Source: Octopus sinensis (taxonomy: Eukaryota). Taken from it: a stretch of 64,000 bases of DNA. A model generated the notes under the pieces. It was not told the origin of the DNA. It did no database searches and worked only from the letters and a program-made list of their open reading frames with translations. The translations under genes were made by a program, and so were the position numbers. This document shows, one piece after another, positions 1 through 13,072 of this stretch (positions are counted from its first letter, which is position 1; every line of letters starts with the position of its first letter). The stretch is taken from assembly GCF_006345805.1 (NCBI RefSeq), contig NC_042998.1, positions 21,576,001-21,640,000 of the forward strand, read 5' to 3'.

Positions 1-107
1 AAAGGTAAGGATTGTAACTGTTGAATATACAGCTGTGTACTGCTATATGCTGCAAGGCAAGTATTTCACAAAGAAAACTGTTACACTCCATAAAGCAATT
101 TTCAACT

Positions 108-146
108 TTAGTGACGTAACCTGTCTCGTTGCTCATATAGTTACTA
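108..146 (+). promoter_or_regulatory. Conserved promoter block of gene A with CRE/ATF-like TGACGTAA (112..119)
   Basis: 36/39 identical to 36375..36413; about 170 bp upstream of the ATG in both paralogs. Confidence 0.5.
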
Positions 147-280
147 CCAACACCGCCCTCAGTTTACACGGCTGAATAATAATACTACTGCGAACAAAGC
201 GAGTAGAAACACGAATAATTTCGGATTTTAGCATTCCGGTCTTCTATCGCCAGCGGCACGAAGCAGCGGAGCTTCAAAAC

Positions 281-290
281 ATGGAAGACA
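281..290 (+). CDS. Gene A exon 1 (MED + phase 1)
   Basis: aaaacATGGAAGACA|GTAAGT with a strong donor. Upstream and downstream sequence aligns with 36551..36560. A+AT restores the frame into exon 2. Confidence 0.8.
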
Positions 291-631
291 GTAAGTATAT
301 ATTAATGAATTTTCATAAGGTTATATATTGATGAATTGTCCGAACTACATGTTAATGGATTTTCCCGAGTCTTCACTATATATCCGCTTCTATAACTCTT
401 CACTATATCTCCGCTTCTATAATTCACGATTTGCTGATAAGGTGTTAACAAAATTCCAGTTTTCAGTTTTGTCAGTTCACGAATGTTAATTAAAGACTAG
501 TATAAAAACGCTAGTAATATACGCTGGACTTGAACCCAACATCAAAAAATATTCTTTAGTACTGATAGAAATATTTTTAAAGCCCTATGTTTTTAGTGTG
601 CGTATGTACATGTATCTGTATATGCCTGTAT

Positions 632-710
<79 letters not shown>

Positions 711-713
<3 letters not shown>

Positions 714-1104
714 GTGCAAGATTGGCTGTGGGGTAAGTAGTTTTCTTACCAAGCATATGGTACCTTGGTCAAGTGTCTTCTACTATAGCCTCGGGCCGAA
801 TAAAGCCTTGTGAGTGGATTTGGTAGAGGGAAACTGGAAAAAGCCTGTCGTATATATATGTGTGTATATATATATATGTGTGTGTGTGTGTGGTGTGTGT
901 GTGTGTGTTTGTGTTTGTCCCCCCAACATCGTTTGACAACCGATGCTGGTGTGTTTGCGTCCCCGTAGCTTAGTGGTTCAGCAAAAGAGACCGATAGAAT
1001 AAACACTAGGCTTACAAAGAATAAGACCTGGGGTTGATTTCCTCGACTAAAGGCGGTGCTCCAGCATGGCCACAGTCAAATTACTGAAACTAGTAAAAGA
1101 GAGA
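711..1104 (+). mobile_element. tRNA-derived SINE, family C (internal (TA)n(TG)n, ends gtaaaagag)
   Basis: Near-identical copies at 6428..6911(-), 8238..8651(+), 11797..12210(+), 22657..23062(-), 27255..27659(-), 28207..28600(+) and 58520..58962(-). A/B-box-like head. Confidence 0.85.
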
Positions 1105-1706
1105 GTGTATATGAATGTATGTGTAAGTGTGTGTATACAGGCATATATATATGAATTTTTAAAATTTTGCTATATCTCATTCTTTTAATTATATTATTTA
1201 TATTTATTTTTCCTCAATCATTTCTATTTTTACTTTATTTATTTTTCTAGTTTTATTTATTTTACTTTACCCCCAATCATATTCTAATTAACCCGTAAAC
1301 ATTCCACCCGAGCAGATAATAATACAATTTATAAACCCTAATATTTAATCTGCTGAAATGAACTGATAGATCCGTATATAACATCTCAACGTATAAATTT
1401 TTCTCTGATGAAATTATGCTCATGTCACATAAATGTAAATTTGATGTACAAATTTGTAATTAAATTATTGAGCATGAATTGAAAGAGTTGTAAGAAGCAA
1501 AGATGACCAATTTGTTAATAATAAATAAATATTAACTTCCTACTCTCCATTTTCTTTTCTTCATTTTACTGGACATAAACTATATGCTTAATATATATGT
1601 ATTGCTTTAAGGGACTTTCATTCCCCAGCACTACAACCTATTGAACCAGTATTTCCTTCGATGTAACTGCCCCTTTACGAGGTTAACATATCCTCTATTT
1701 AAATTT

Positions 1707-1794
<88 letters not shown>

Positions 1795-1795
1795 G

Positions 1796-1830
<35 letters not shown>

Positions 1831-2559
1831 GTTTCTTTATTGGCCACACAGGGCTGCACACAGATGGGACAAGTTACAAGGTAGAGCTTTTCTTTTGGGG
1901 GATGAAAAAAACAAAAAACAAAAGAAACAAAAAAAGGAGGTGGCGTAGGTTTTCGATCAAGAGGGATCGTAAAAGGGAAGAAAAGAACAAAAAAAATAAA
2001 ATAAAAAATAAAAAATAAAAATAAAAAAAGAAGAAAAGGAGAAGGAACAAAAGAAAAGAGAAATGAAAAAAGAAGAAAAAAGAGGGAAAAAAGGGGGAAG
2101 AGGAAAAAAACGATCAATAGGGATCGTGTATCACAGCGTCATGATGTACGGTGTAAAGGGGAAAGCAGATAAGGTTTATCCGTGGGAAGAAAAGCCTACG
2201 AAATAGACCACGGTAACCTTGGTCAATATTGTTATATGTAACCACATTTGTTTGCAAGTGGGTAACCCTCTGTTTTCAATTTCTAGGTTCATAGGATTAT
2301 GCTCAAGGTGGCTTCGTCATTCATACGTGCCATCCTTGCTACATTCACCCATCTTTTTTTAAAACATTCGCTCGACAAAACTTGCCTCTCTACTCTCACT
2401 TTCCTTTTCAAGTGGTACTTGAAAAAGTTGATGAGAGATTGACCAGAGAGGAAAGTGTTTGTCTCTAATCCCTTCAGACGCGTCCACCAGATACATTCCT
2501 TCGCCATAGCCACAAGGATGATGAAAATAGCTCTTCCTTCCCGTTTGAAGGAAGGAGGC
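1831..2559 (-). mobile_element. 3' end of Tx1/L1-type LINE (ORF2 C-terminus + 3'UTR) inserted in an (AGAT)n array
   Basis: ORF 2289..2540 ...KECIWWTRLKGLETNTFLSGQSLINFFKYHLKRKVRVER..., then a UTR ending ccaataaagaaac. (AGAT)n lies on both sides. Homolog at 57625..58155. Confidence 0.65.
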
Positions 2560-2628
<69 letters not shown>

Positions 2629-3276
2629 TATAGATAGATAGATTGATTGATAGATAGATACGAAGAGTTTTCGTGAAGGTGACTGATACTTACAGGTATG
2701 CACTCTGGATGCTCATTTTCGCATGCCAATAATATTACGGCTTTAACTGCTGTTGAACATGTGTGATGTGAATGTCCTTGTGAAGTGGCTAGACGTGGCT
2801 TCCGCTTGAGCTAGTTAGTATAGATTAGAACGGAAACAAAAAGCAAGCAGTTAAAGAAGACTTAAGAAGGACTTTTAATTTAGCTACGTAACAATGAAAA
2901 GCTAATTATCGGCAATATTTAATCTAGATATACTACCTATTTGGTAAATCCACAGTAGTTGTGTTTCCTACCCTCCCTTCGTAGATCTTCATCCTCTCCT
3001 TTATTTGCTCAGCAAAAGTATATCTAATATTTCTTTTATGTAGCAGCACCCTCGTATTTAATAGAATACCACTGGGACTCTCTTCTCATTGTTCTGGGCT
3101 AAATTAGGAATTAATGATTCGCACGTAATCATTACATCATTCTCACTTTACTTACCTGTCCACCTACCATGGCATCCAGTTCCTTTTGTACTGTAGCATT
3201 GCACTTCCATCAGTCCTTGGCCCCAGTAATTTTACTATACTTCGATTTCCTCTGAAAAGAATATCAGACACCTATT

Positions 3277-3352
<76 letters not shown>

Positions 3353-3399
3353 TATATGTATATATATATATATATATACACACACATATATATATATAC

Positions 3400-3503
<104 letters not shown>

Positions 3504-3565
3504 TAAAGATAAAACCATTATTATGCAACTCAAACAGTGGTAGACATAAACCAAAACATAAATAA

Positions 3566-3600
<35 letters not shown>

Positions 3601-3847
3601 CGTTAATCCAAACAAGAAAGCACAAAAAACACAACAACGCGAGGAGGTGGAACAAATATAGTATTATTGGACGCTCAGGAAAGAAGGAAAGAAGGAGGGT
3701 TTAACGTTTGGAGCGGAGCTCTTCGTCGGAAACATAGGAGAAGGAAAGATCCAGAGAAGGGAAGACAAAGGAAAAAAAATCCCCAACGGTACACTCGAGG
3801 TCACATTTTGAAAGACCGGAAGGAAAAGGGTAATACATATACACATG

Positions 3848-4148
3848 TTTGTTCCTTCTCGAGCCACGCCTGGCTCATAAGGGCCGGTTTCCCGATTTCC
3901 TTCGTGTATAGCTTCCCCACCTGGACGGGACGCCGGTCTGTCGCAGGTGAGCTGCAAGATGCAAGAGGAAAGAGTGAGAGAAAGTTGTGGCGAAAGAGTC
4001 AGCAGAAGTTCGCCATTACCTTCTGCCGGAACCGCCTGGAGCTTAGGTGTTTCGCTCATAAACACACACACCACCCGGTCTGAGATTCGAACCCGCGATC
4101 CCTCGACCGCGAGTCCGCTGCTCTAAACCCTAGGCCATGTGCCTCCAC
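3848..4148 (-). mobile_element. tRNA(Arg-like)-headed SINE, family E
   Basis: Head gtggaggcacatggcc...gcggactcgcggtc...gggttcgaatc; second copy at 22088..22400(-). Confidence 0.8.
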
Positions 4149-4689
4149 TTTTACTTAAACTCAGTCCCTATTCTATCCATTTGACTATTCATTTATATCT
4201 ATGTACACTCTTGATTAACTTCGGATTTGTGATCTTAATTATTTAATTTTATCCCTTGATTCTCAGTGGAAATACATCTTTATTGAAACCACAAAACATT
4301 AAAACTTTATTTTTATATTTATTATTAAATTTTAAATTTAATATATTTTGTTTGCCAGTACGAACATCTATTTCTAACACTATAACCAAGCTACTCCATT
4401 AATATTTAACCACTTACAACATCAGACTTCTATTACCTTTTTAAGACCGCTTTATTACATCCACTACATCTTCCCTCCCATTGCTACCCATCCTGTAGGT
4501 TTAACTTTTTTCTTCATCCCTTACCTATTTGTCTTCGTACACGCATCCCCTAACCTCTCCTAATATCAGTATCACTCACTATACTTATTAGTATATCAAT
4601 AACACCCAGCATCTATCTCCCTTTGCCATTAACCATCTAGCTTCGGCCGCGCCACCAACTTGCAGTCGCCAAAGAACCACGAAGGTAAA

Positions 4690-5065
4690 CGATTGTCTCC
4701 CTTCGGCCTTCGATATTTGCTTCCGGCTGTAGCGTCACCTTGTGGATTCCCAAAGGCCACCAGGACTCTTTTAAAATGTAAGCATGGCCCGAAAAATTCC
4801 GCCCTGAAGTTCAGGATGCTCCGTGACATGAGCGAGTCTTTTAGGATTCTCACGCGTTCGGCAATGCATAACTTGCAGCGTTTCGTCCCGTTGATGTCGG
4901 GGCCTGGGTTCTAGCGTATTTTCCATGTTATCGTGTATGGTATCCTTTCGTCTCTTAGTTGCCAGATATGGTTGGCCAGCGATGTCACGTATCACCTTTC
5001 CAGGATTCTGAAGGAGGATAAATGATTGGAAAGACACTGTTTGAAAGAATTCCCAGTGCATCACA
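4690..5065 (-). mobile_element. Penelope-like element GIY-YIG endonuclease remnant
   Basis: Minus-frame translation SFKQCLSNHLSSFR..*..TSLANHIWQLRDERIPYTITWKI.*..INGTKRCKLCIAERVRIL..LNFRAEFFGPCLH matches the PLE EN C-terminal pattern (Cx2C...LN.R.E...C.H), with stops. Confidence 0.75.
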
Positions 5066-5740
5066 CGTATTTTTGTGGGCGCGTGATGTCGTTGCCCCTG
5101 CAACTGTTGTTCGTGATGATGCTGGTGCTGTTGCTGCTGTCGTTGTCACTGATGCCACAAGTGCTGTTGTTGCTGATGGATTTGGGGCTGCTGCTGTTGG
5201 TGTTGTTGTTGGCGTCGCTGGGGTGGTGGTGGTGGTGGTGCCAGTAATATTTTCGTCCCTGCGCCTGTTGCCTGTGCTGCAGTCGTTGTTTTTGCTGCTG
5301 TTGTGATTGTTGCAGTTGCTGTTGTCGTCGATGCTGCTGACGCTGCTGCCGGCATTGTTGTTGTTGATGGAGTTGGAGTTGCTGGTGTTGTTGTACCCGG
5401 GGTTGTTGGTGCTGGCGATGGTGGGAGAGGTGGTGGTGGTGGTGGTGGTGGTGGTGGTGGTGGTGGTGGTGGTGGTGGTGGTGGTGGTTTTAGAGGAAGT
5501 GCTGGTGCTGTTAATAATGTTGCTGCTGTTCTTGTTGCCGTTATAGCCAGTGGTGGAATGGGACCTTTTGCTTCTGCTCCTACTACTATAGTGGCAAAAA
5601 GGTCTGGTTTTGAGGACATCGGGGAAGTTATTCGTAAGGCTGGTGGTGGTAGCGAAGCTGCTACTGTTGTTGTTAGCGATGTTGCCATCATTAGATGGTG
5701 GTTGAGGTGATGGTGGCTGTGTTACTAGCTGTGTTCTCGT
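5065..5740. repeat. Compound trinucleotide low-complexity tract (GTT/GCT/GGT)
   Basis: Includes ~20 pure GGT units. Confidence 0.85.
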
Positions 5741-5896
5741 GCCTACGGTGGCTACTGCTTCTACCAGTGTTAATGGCATGTACTGCCAGAACCTCGACTT
5801 GATGGACGACCCCTTTTCTTTCGCAGTGGCCTCCTCCTGGGCAATAAGCCAGCTTCCCCCATTATCACACACACACACACATATATATATATACAT

Positions 5897-5973
<77 letters not shown>

Positions 5974-6092
5974 GGATAATAGTGATAAGAATGTGCATTG
6001 TCCGTTTAATTGGAAAATTCTATATGTGGCTGAAGATTGCTCGACATTGTAAAACTGATGTAATACTTACAGGATATATAGATATATATATA

Positions 6093-6143
<51 letters not shown>

Positions 6144-6427
6144 GGCGTATTCCGTTAAGAACATAGAGTACAAAATAGAGCTTGTTCACCCTTAGAATTG
6201 CCAGAAGTAGGTGTAGTGACCATTAAACACCTGTCGAATCGTACTCCCTCTTACTTTTGACCCTATTACTTCTTTCCTTTATAAGTGTATGTGTGTATGT
6301 GCGTGCGTGTGTGAGAGTGTGTGTCTGTATGTATACAGAGCAAGGAAGAGGGAAGAAGTGTGAATATGTTTCTATGTGTGTGGTGAACGTCTATAAGGTA
6401 TACTCGTAGCGGAAGTAACTGCATTTA

Positions 6428-6690
6428 TACTTTTACTCTTTTACTTGTTTCAGTCATTTGACTGTGGCCATGCTGGAGCACCGCCTTTAGTCGAGCAAAT
6501 CGACCCAGAACTTATTCTTTGTAAGCCTAGTACTTATTCTATCGGTCTCTTTTGCCGAACCGCTAAGCTACGGGCACGTAAACACACCACCATCGGTCCT
6601 CAAGTGATGCTGTGGGGACAAACACAGACACATACACACACACACACCACACACACACACACAACACACACACACACACACACACACACA

Positions 6691-6745
<55 letters not shown>

Positions 6746-6911
6746 TACGACGAGCTTCTTTCAGTTTTCGTCTACCAAATCCACTCACAAGGCTTTGTTC
6801 GGCCCGAGGCTATAGTAGAAGTCACTTGTCCAATATGCCATGCAGTGGGACTGAACCCGGAACCATGTGGTTGGTAAGCAAGCTACATACCACACAGCCA
6901 CTCCTACGCCT
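6428..6911 (-). mobile_element. SINE family C copy
   Basis: Full-length reverse copy of the 711..1104 family. Confidence 0.85.
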
Positions 6912-6949
6912 ATACTGTATTTCTTTAGATTTGTCACAAGGACATTATA

Positions 6950-7280
6950 CAGATGTAGCTTGTGGGCTGGACAACGGTTGGCTCGCAAATTCTTCACCCT
7001 CTGCGGGGGTATCAAACAGTAACCACACCGTTGCGTATTTGATACCTCTTGCAATAAATTTAATAGTTGGCAGGTATTCTGCCAACTCCATTTTCATATC
7101 TGTCTGCGAGAACACAGCGATGGTGTCGAGGGACCTAGAATACGTTCTCAACACCACCGTTCTCGCATTAAAATTTTTCAGCCACTGCTTGGGGGCCACA
7201 ATTTGCCACTCCAACACAGTGTTTTGCTTTTTAGTTGCCATTTTTTTTTTTTGCAAAATAAGGAAAAAATGTTCAAAACA
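6950..7280 (-). mobile_element. LINE ORF1-like fragment
   Basis: NARTVVLRTYS...RGIKYATVWLLF is homologous to the ORFs at 23727..24038 and 24736..25089. ORF1 assignment is inference. Confidence 0.45.
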
Positions 7281-7845
7281 AAAGTGGCTGTCTGGTAAGT
7301 CTATACTTACCACACAGCCACTCCTACGCCTATTTTAAAACATTTTTAACACTCCTACACCTATTTTTTAACATTTTTTACGTGTTTTATATCATAGTAA
7401 TAAATATGTCTTGAAAACTCGTATTCAATTCGACATTTTGCAGAAGCAACAAAAGATTTGACAAATGCTCAGTTATAAACATTGTACTTACACCCTAACT
7501 TTTAACGATGATCATGGGACAAAGTATATTTCCACAGTTACCCGTCATACGAAAGCTGAATCTCTAGTACGTATTTACACACTCACATACACATTATTTA
7601 CGAACTGTTTGGTTCGGTTTCATGCAATTTAAAGTTTCTTCGTAGCTTCTGGAGTGAACCTTTGAATGAGACAAGTCCCGGATGTCTTCTATATGTATAA
7701 CCCTAACCCTAACCCTATATGTGGAGGATATTTGTCGAAGGTGATCAAACCCTAAAGCTCCTAGCCACATATTCATGCCTATATATGTATCTCTGTTTGA
7801 TTTGTGTGTCTGTGTATATACATATATTTTAATAAACAACATATG

Positions 7846-7923
<78 letters not shown>

Positions 7924-8237
7924 TATATATATTATATATATGGTAGCTTTAATTCACATATAAGATAACGGCTCAACTACATGTACTTGTTGCGCTAGTA
8001 ACATTTTCCCGTACAGGCGTACGTTCATCAGGCGCCAATCGTACTATACCCCTAAAACTTTACATAAAACAGAGGAACAGTTTTAGCCGAAAACGCGCAA
8101 GGCGTATTAAGATCTGAGATTTCACGCTCAATTTTGAATTCGCGATCCGAAATATTTGGTGGATGTAGACATATGTACAGGTACATACTATAAAAATTGG
8201 AAGATCCTACCGCCACCAAATTGACCGACTTTCATTT

Positions 8238-8651
8238 CAGGAGTGGCTGTGTAGTAAGTAGCTTGCTTACCAACCACATGGTTCCGGGTTCAGTCCCACT
8301 GAGTGGCATCTGGGGCAAGTGTCTTCTACTATGGCCGCGGGCTGACCAAAGCCACGTTAGTGGATTTGGTAGACGGAAACTGAAAGAAACTCGTCGTATG
8401 TAAATATGTATGCGTGTGTGTGTGTGCATGTTTCTGTTCGTGTGTCTGTGTTTGCCCCCCCCCACCCCACCCCGACATCGCTTGAAGAGTGATGCTGCTG
8501 TATTTATGTGCCCGTCACTTAGCGGTTCGGCAGGAGAGACCGATGGAATAAGTACTAGGCATACAAAGAATAAGTCCTGGGGGCGATTTGCTCGACTAAA
8601 GGCGGTGCTCCAGCATGGTCGCAGTCAAATGACTGAAACAAATAAAAGAAT
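8238..8651 (+). mobile_element. SINE family C copy
   Basis: Matches the family C consensus. Confidence 0.85.
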
Positions 8652-9249
8652 GTTTTTCCTATATTTTCTTAACTCTTCGTAATTATTCGTTCATTTTATA
8701 ATACGATTTTATGGAGTCATATCTTATTATTTAGTTATACCAACTTTTTTCCATCTTAACATTTTCTCGAGTAAAGTATCTTCGCCTTCAAACGATATTT
8801 AAGAGGATTTAGATGTTTTACTTATACGGTTTATGTATATATCGATTTCTATATCTTGTGGCTTTTAAGACCATTTGAGAACATTTTTGGTCTTTGTTAA
8901 AAATTTTGCCTTTTTTCCTTATATTTATTTTCACAAATTCATTTAAAATTTGATATCCTTCATACGTTGACATTCCATGACACGACCACAGGTCTTCACA
9001 ATTTTAATAATTTGTATATTTTTAGTGCTGATTCGTTTTTATTTTATCCTATTATTTATTATTTTTTAAATTTTATCTTATTCATTTTCTTTTATTTCAT
9101 TTATCAAGGTGGTATCTTTCATTAAACATGGTTTGTCTTTGTACCAGTTCTCTATTTAAAGTAAGGTTTTGGAGGTATAGTGCGATTGGTGCCTGATGAA
9201 CGTACGTATGTACGGAAAACTAAGTACATGTGGCTGAAACGTTTACAGA

Positions 9250-9669
<420 letters not shown>

Positions 9670-9670
<1 letters not shown>

Positions 9671-10310
9671 TAAATATTAGGGAATAAATCCAAACTTACA
9701 GGGAAAAATCAGAGTTAGGATTGATTCCAATTTTATAGTAAAATATTATATTATATTAAATTAGAGACAAAACCACTATTATGCAAATCAAACAATGAAA
9801 GACTTAAGCCAATACATAAATTAATTTATATTATTTAGATATGTAACAATTATTAAAAAATATAATTAATATCCACTACGATCGTTTCCTGTCTTCTGTC
9901 ATCAAATTTTTGAGTAGCAGACATTCATCAGGTGGTTTCAAAATCTAAAATATAATCAATATTTTTAAGATATAAATAATCTATATAATCTAAAATAATA
10001 ATTTACTTATAATAAACTCTATTATTAAATATGATTATATCGAAATCGACTATAATGTTAAATATTAACTTTAATTTATAAGGTAGAAAATCCATATTCT
10101 AATATCCATATTAGTCCATATCTAATTATACAGATATTCAAAATGACCGACATATACAAATTATCAATGAAAACATATACAAATACTACAATCAAGATCC
10201 AAAACAATCTCTATAAACAATAAATAATATAAATTAATTTATGTATTGGCTTAAGTCTTTCATTGTTTGATTTGCATAATAGTGGTTTTGTCTCTAATTT
10301 AATATAATAT
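9670..10310. mobile_element. Non-coding PLE-terminus-like element between (TA)n arrays, with 90-bp inverted repeat and hammerhead motif
   Basis: IR 9748..9837 / 10221..10310; HHR at 9873..9935(-); diverged relative at 3505..3570. Confidence 0.5.
9873..9935 (-). ncRNA. Minimal type I hammerhead ribozyme motif
   Basis: Minus strand CCAC-CTGATGA-[A TGTCT..AGACA G]-GAAA-CGATCG-TA-GTGG: intact core, stem I CCAC/GTGG, palindromic stem III. Stem II closing pair is non-canonical. Confidence 0.55.
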
Positions 10311-10827
10311 ATATATGTATATATATATAAATATATATATATATGTATGTATGATATATATATATATATATATAATATATATATATATATGTATATACCC
10401 CTTAAGTTTGTCACTAATGTTTTTTAGTATAACACCTACGCTAATTCTATAAACAAACCTGTCAATATAAACATTCTCCTGAATTGAACTGAGACTGCCA
10501 GCCGCCACTGACCATTCAAAATACGACCATCAGGGCACTCCCAGATTCTCCCACCCCCCTTTCCTCACCAGCCTTCCCTCTACTACCCTACCAAGAACTC
10601 ACAACTACCTCGAACACACAAGTGCAAACAAGGGAGTCAGAGAAAGACAGAATGCCACTTAAATCTGAACACTACTATAGAAATATTCTTTTAAGAAAAC
10701 TTTTCTTCTAATTTTTCTAAATTTAATTATTTAATCGTTACAGTTGAAAAGGTCTCAAAATGACCGAAACCGGTACTGAAATGTTCACTATAAAATTATT
10801 TTAGCATTTTCTATTTTTTACTTGTTT

Positions 10828-10875
<48 letters not shown>

Positions 10876-10984
10876 GTATATACATAAATATATACGTATA
10901 TACATATATATATATATATAAATACGTATATTCATAAATATATACGTATATAAATATATATATATATAAATATATATATGTATG

Positions 10985-11053
<69 letters not shown>

Positions 11054-11796
11054 ATATATTATATATATATTAAATATATATATATGTATGTATATATAAA
11101 TATATATATGTATGTATGTTGTATGTATGTATGTATGTATGTATGTATGTATGTATGTATGTATGTATGCACTTATGTATGTATATATATATAGTTGTGT
11201 TCGGACGTTTATATACTCTCGTGATAAAGTGAAATAATTATATTTGGAACACTGGATCTCTGAAGGTCATCAAATAAAGTTATATATAATAGCCTATAAG
11301 TATTTGGTTGAGAATTCATTTTAGATTGAAAAAGTCCAGGTCTTCAACTTTAGTCAAGACTGATATTCTGTCACTAGACCAAAGTTATATGATAGCTAAA
11401 TGTGACGGAAGGGATAAGGAGAGATAAGGAAACACGGCTTTTGCGAGTAATGGCTTGATAGACACATATTAGGCAAATGGCTCTGAGACGTGCTTGCAGA
11501 ACATAGATTTTCCCCATTCTAACATAGATACGCAGGTCTTTTTCGAGCACTGCGCATCTCCAATCATTTTTGGCGTTTATTTTATCATCTCCTCCATAGA
11601 CTCAGCAGCGTGAGATAGGTCTTCACTCTCTTTGCCTCATATCTGTCTTGCTTTTTCAAATTGTCTGCATTCAGATCCTATATCTTCCGCATTCATGAGT
11701 CGCTATTAAGTTGCATTGCATTTCATACACAAGAATCATACAGGTATAGTCCATAAAATTTAAAGATAACTGTAGAGCAAATAGTTGTATTATTTA

Positions 11797-11960
11797 GAGG
11801 CGTAGGAGTGGCTGTATGGAAAGTAGCTTGCTTACCAACCACATGGTTCCGGGTTCAGTCCTACTGCGGGGCACCTTGGGTAAGTGTCTTCTACTATAGC
11901 CTCGGGCCAACCAAAGCCTTGTGAGTGGATTTGGTGGACGGAAACTGAAAGAAGCCCATC

Positions 11961-12008
<48 letters not shown>

Positions 12009-12210
12009 CTGTGTTTGTCCCCACCCCACCCCCACATCACTTGACAACCGATGGTGGTGTGTTTACGTTCCCGTAACTTAGCGGTTCAGTAAGAGAGACT
12101 GATAGAATAAGTACTAGGCTTACAAAAAATAAGTCCTGGAGTCGATTTGCTCGACTAAAGGTGGTGCTCCAGTATGGTCACAAGTAAAACAATAAAAGAA
12201 AAAGAAAGAA
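11797..12210 (+). mobile_element. SINE family C copy
   Basis: Matches the family C consensus. Confidence 0.85.
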
Positions 12211-13072
12211 TTTTTTGTTTAAGCAAAGACACTCTGCTTTTGCTAATTCAGTAGCTCATGTGAAACAATAAATTTTGAATCAGTAAAAACGATTGAACTA
12301 TTTCAGAACATTCCTTTGATATTCCAAAAGTTGGAGTAGATTTTTTTTATTTTCCATAACAGTCAAAAAGATTTCTCCACGAAATAAGATGTCAACGAAA
12401 TAATTAAGCCTGGAAAAGTACGGGACAAGAAGAGAACACGTAAAATGTTGCTGCTGGAGGTAGAATTACCGAAATATATTTCTGAAATTGTTGAACAAGT
12501 ATTTTTAAAAATGACATCAAATGAACAAATTGAGCGCAAAGTGTTCAACTGATTCACTAGCTTACTTTTTTTATATAAAATTAGGGGTTATCATACATTG
12601 TAGATTTTGTGTGTTTTTCTATATAAAAAACACAAGATTTTTAATTGTAGATTTTTGATGTCTAAACTAACAGGCAATTAGTCTTTTAACTGGAGAAAAT
12701 AGCTTACTGTGCCCTTTAATTTAAACTTATGTAAAAATATTGAAAGAACATTTATTAATATTTAATTTTTTATATTGTTACTTCAACAGCAACATTTTAA
12801 GTTCTTTTTCTTTTCGGGTATTTTGTGGGGGGGGGGTGCTTCTTATCCTGAATTTCCCTGGCCTAATTACTGTTTGTCTTGTTTATTTCTAGACCATTCT
12901 TGTACATATTTTAGAGCATTCTAGCAATCTGTGCCTACATTTTCCTTTTATTACTGCGTGTCCTGTGCGCAGATATGAAACTTGAAGGTGTTTGCAAAGA
13001 AAATATCTAGGTATCTGCGTGACATTTAGTGAATGACTGCAGTAGTTCTTAGCCCTTTATGACGACTATTTG

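Noticed and set aside
4985-5998. 337-aa ORF, the longest in the track
   Set aside because: Starts in (TC)/(TA) microsatellite, is mostly trinucleotide low complexity and ends in a PLE remnant; no domain or splice support.
7697-7716. (TAACCC)3 telomere-like repeat
   Set aside because: Only three units; expected by chance in this context.
11390-11760. TGTGACGG-starting LTR-like segment
   Set aside because: No matching CA end, TSD or second copy found.
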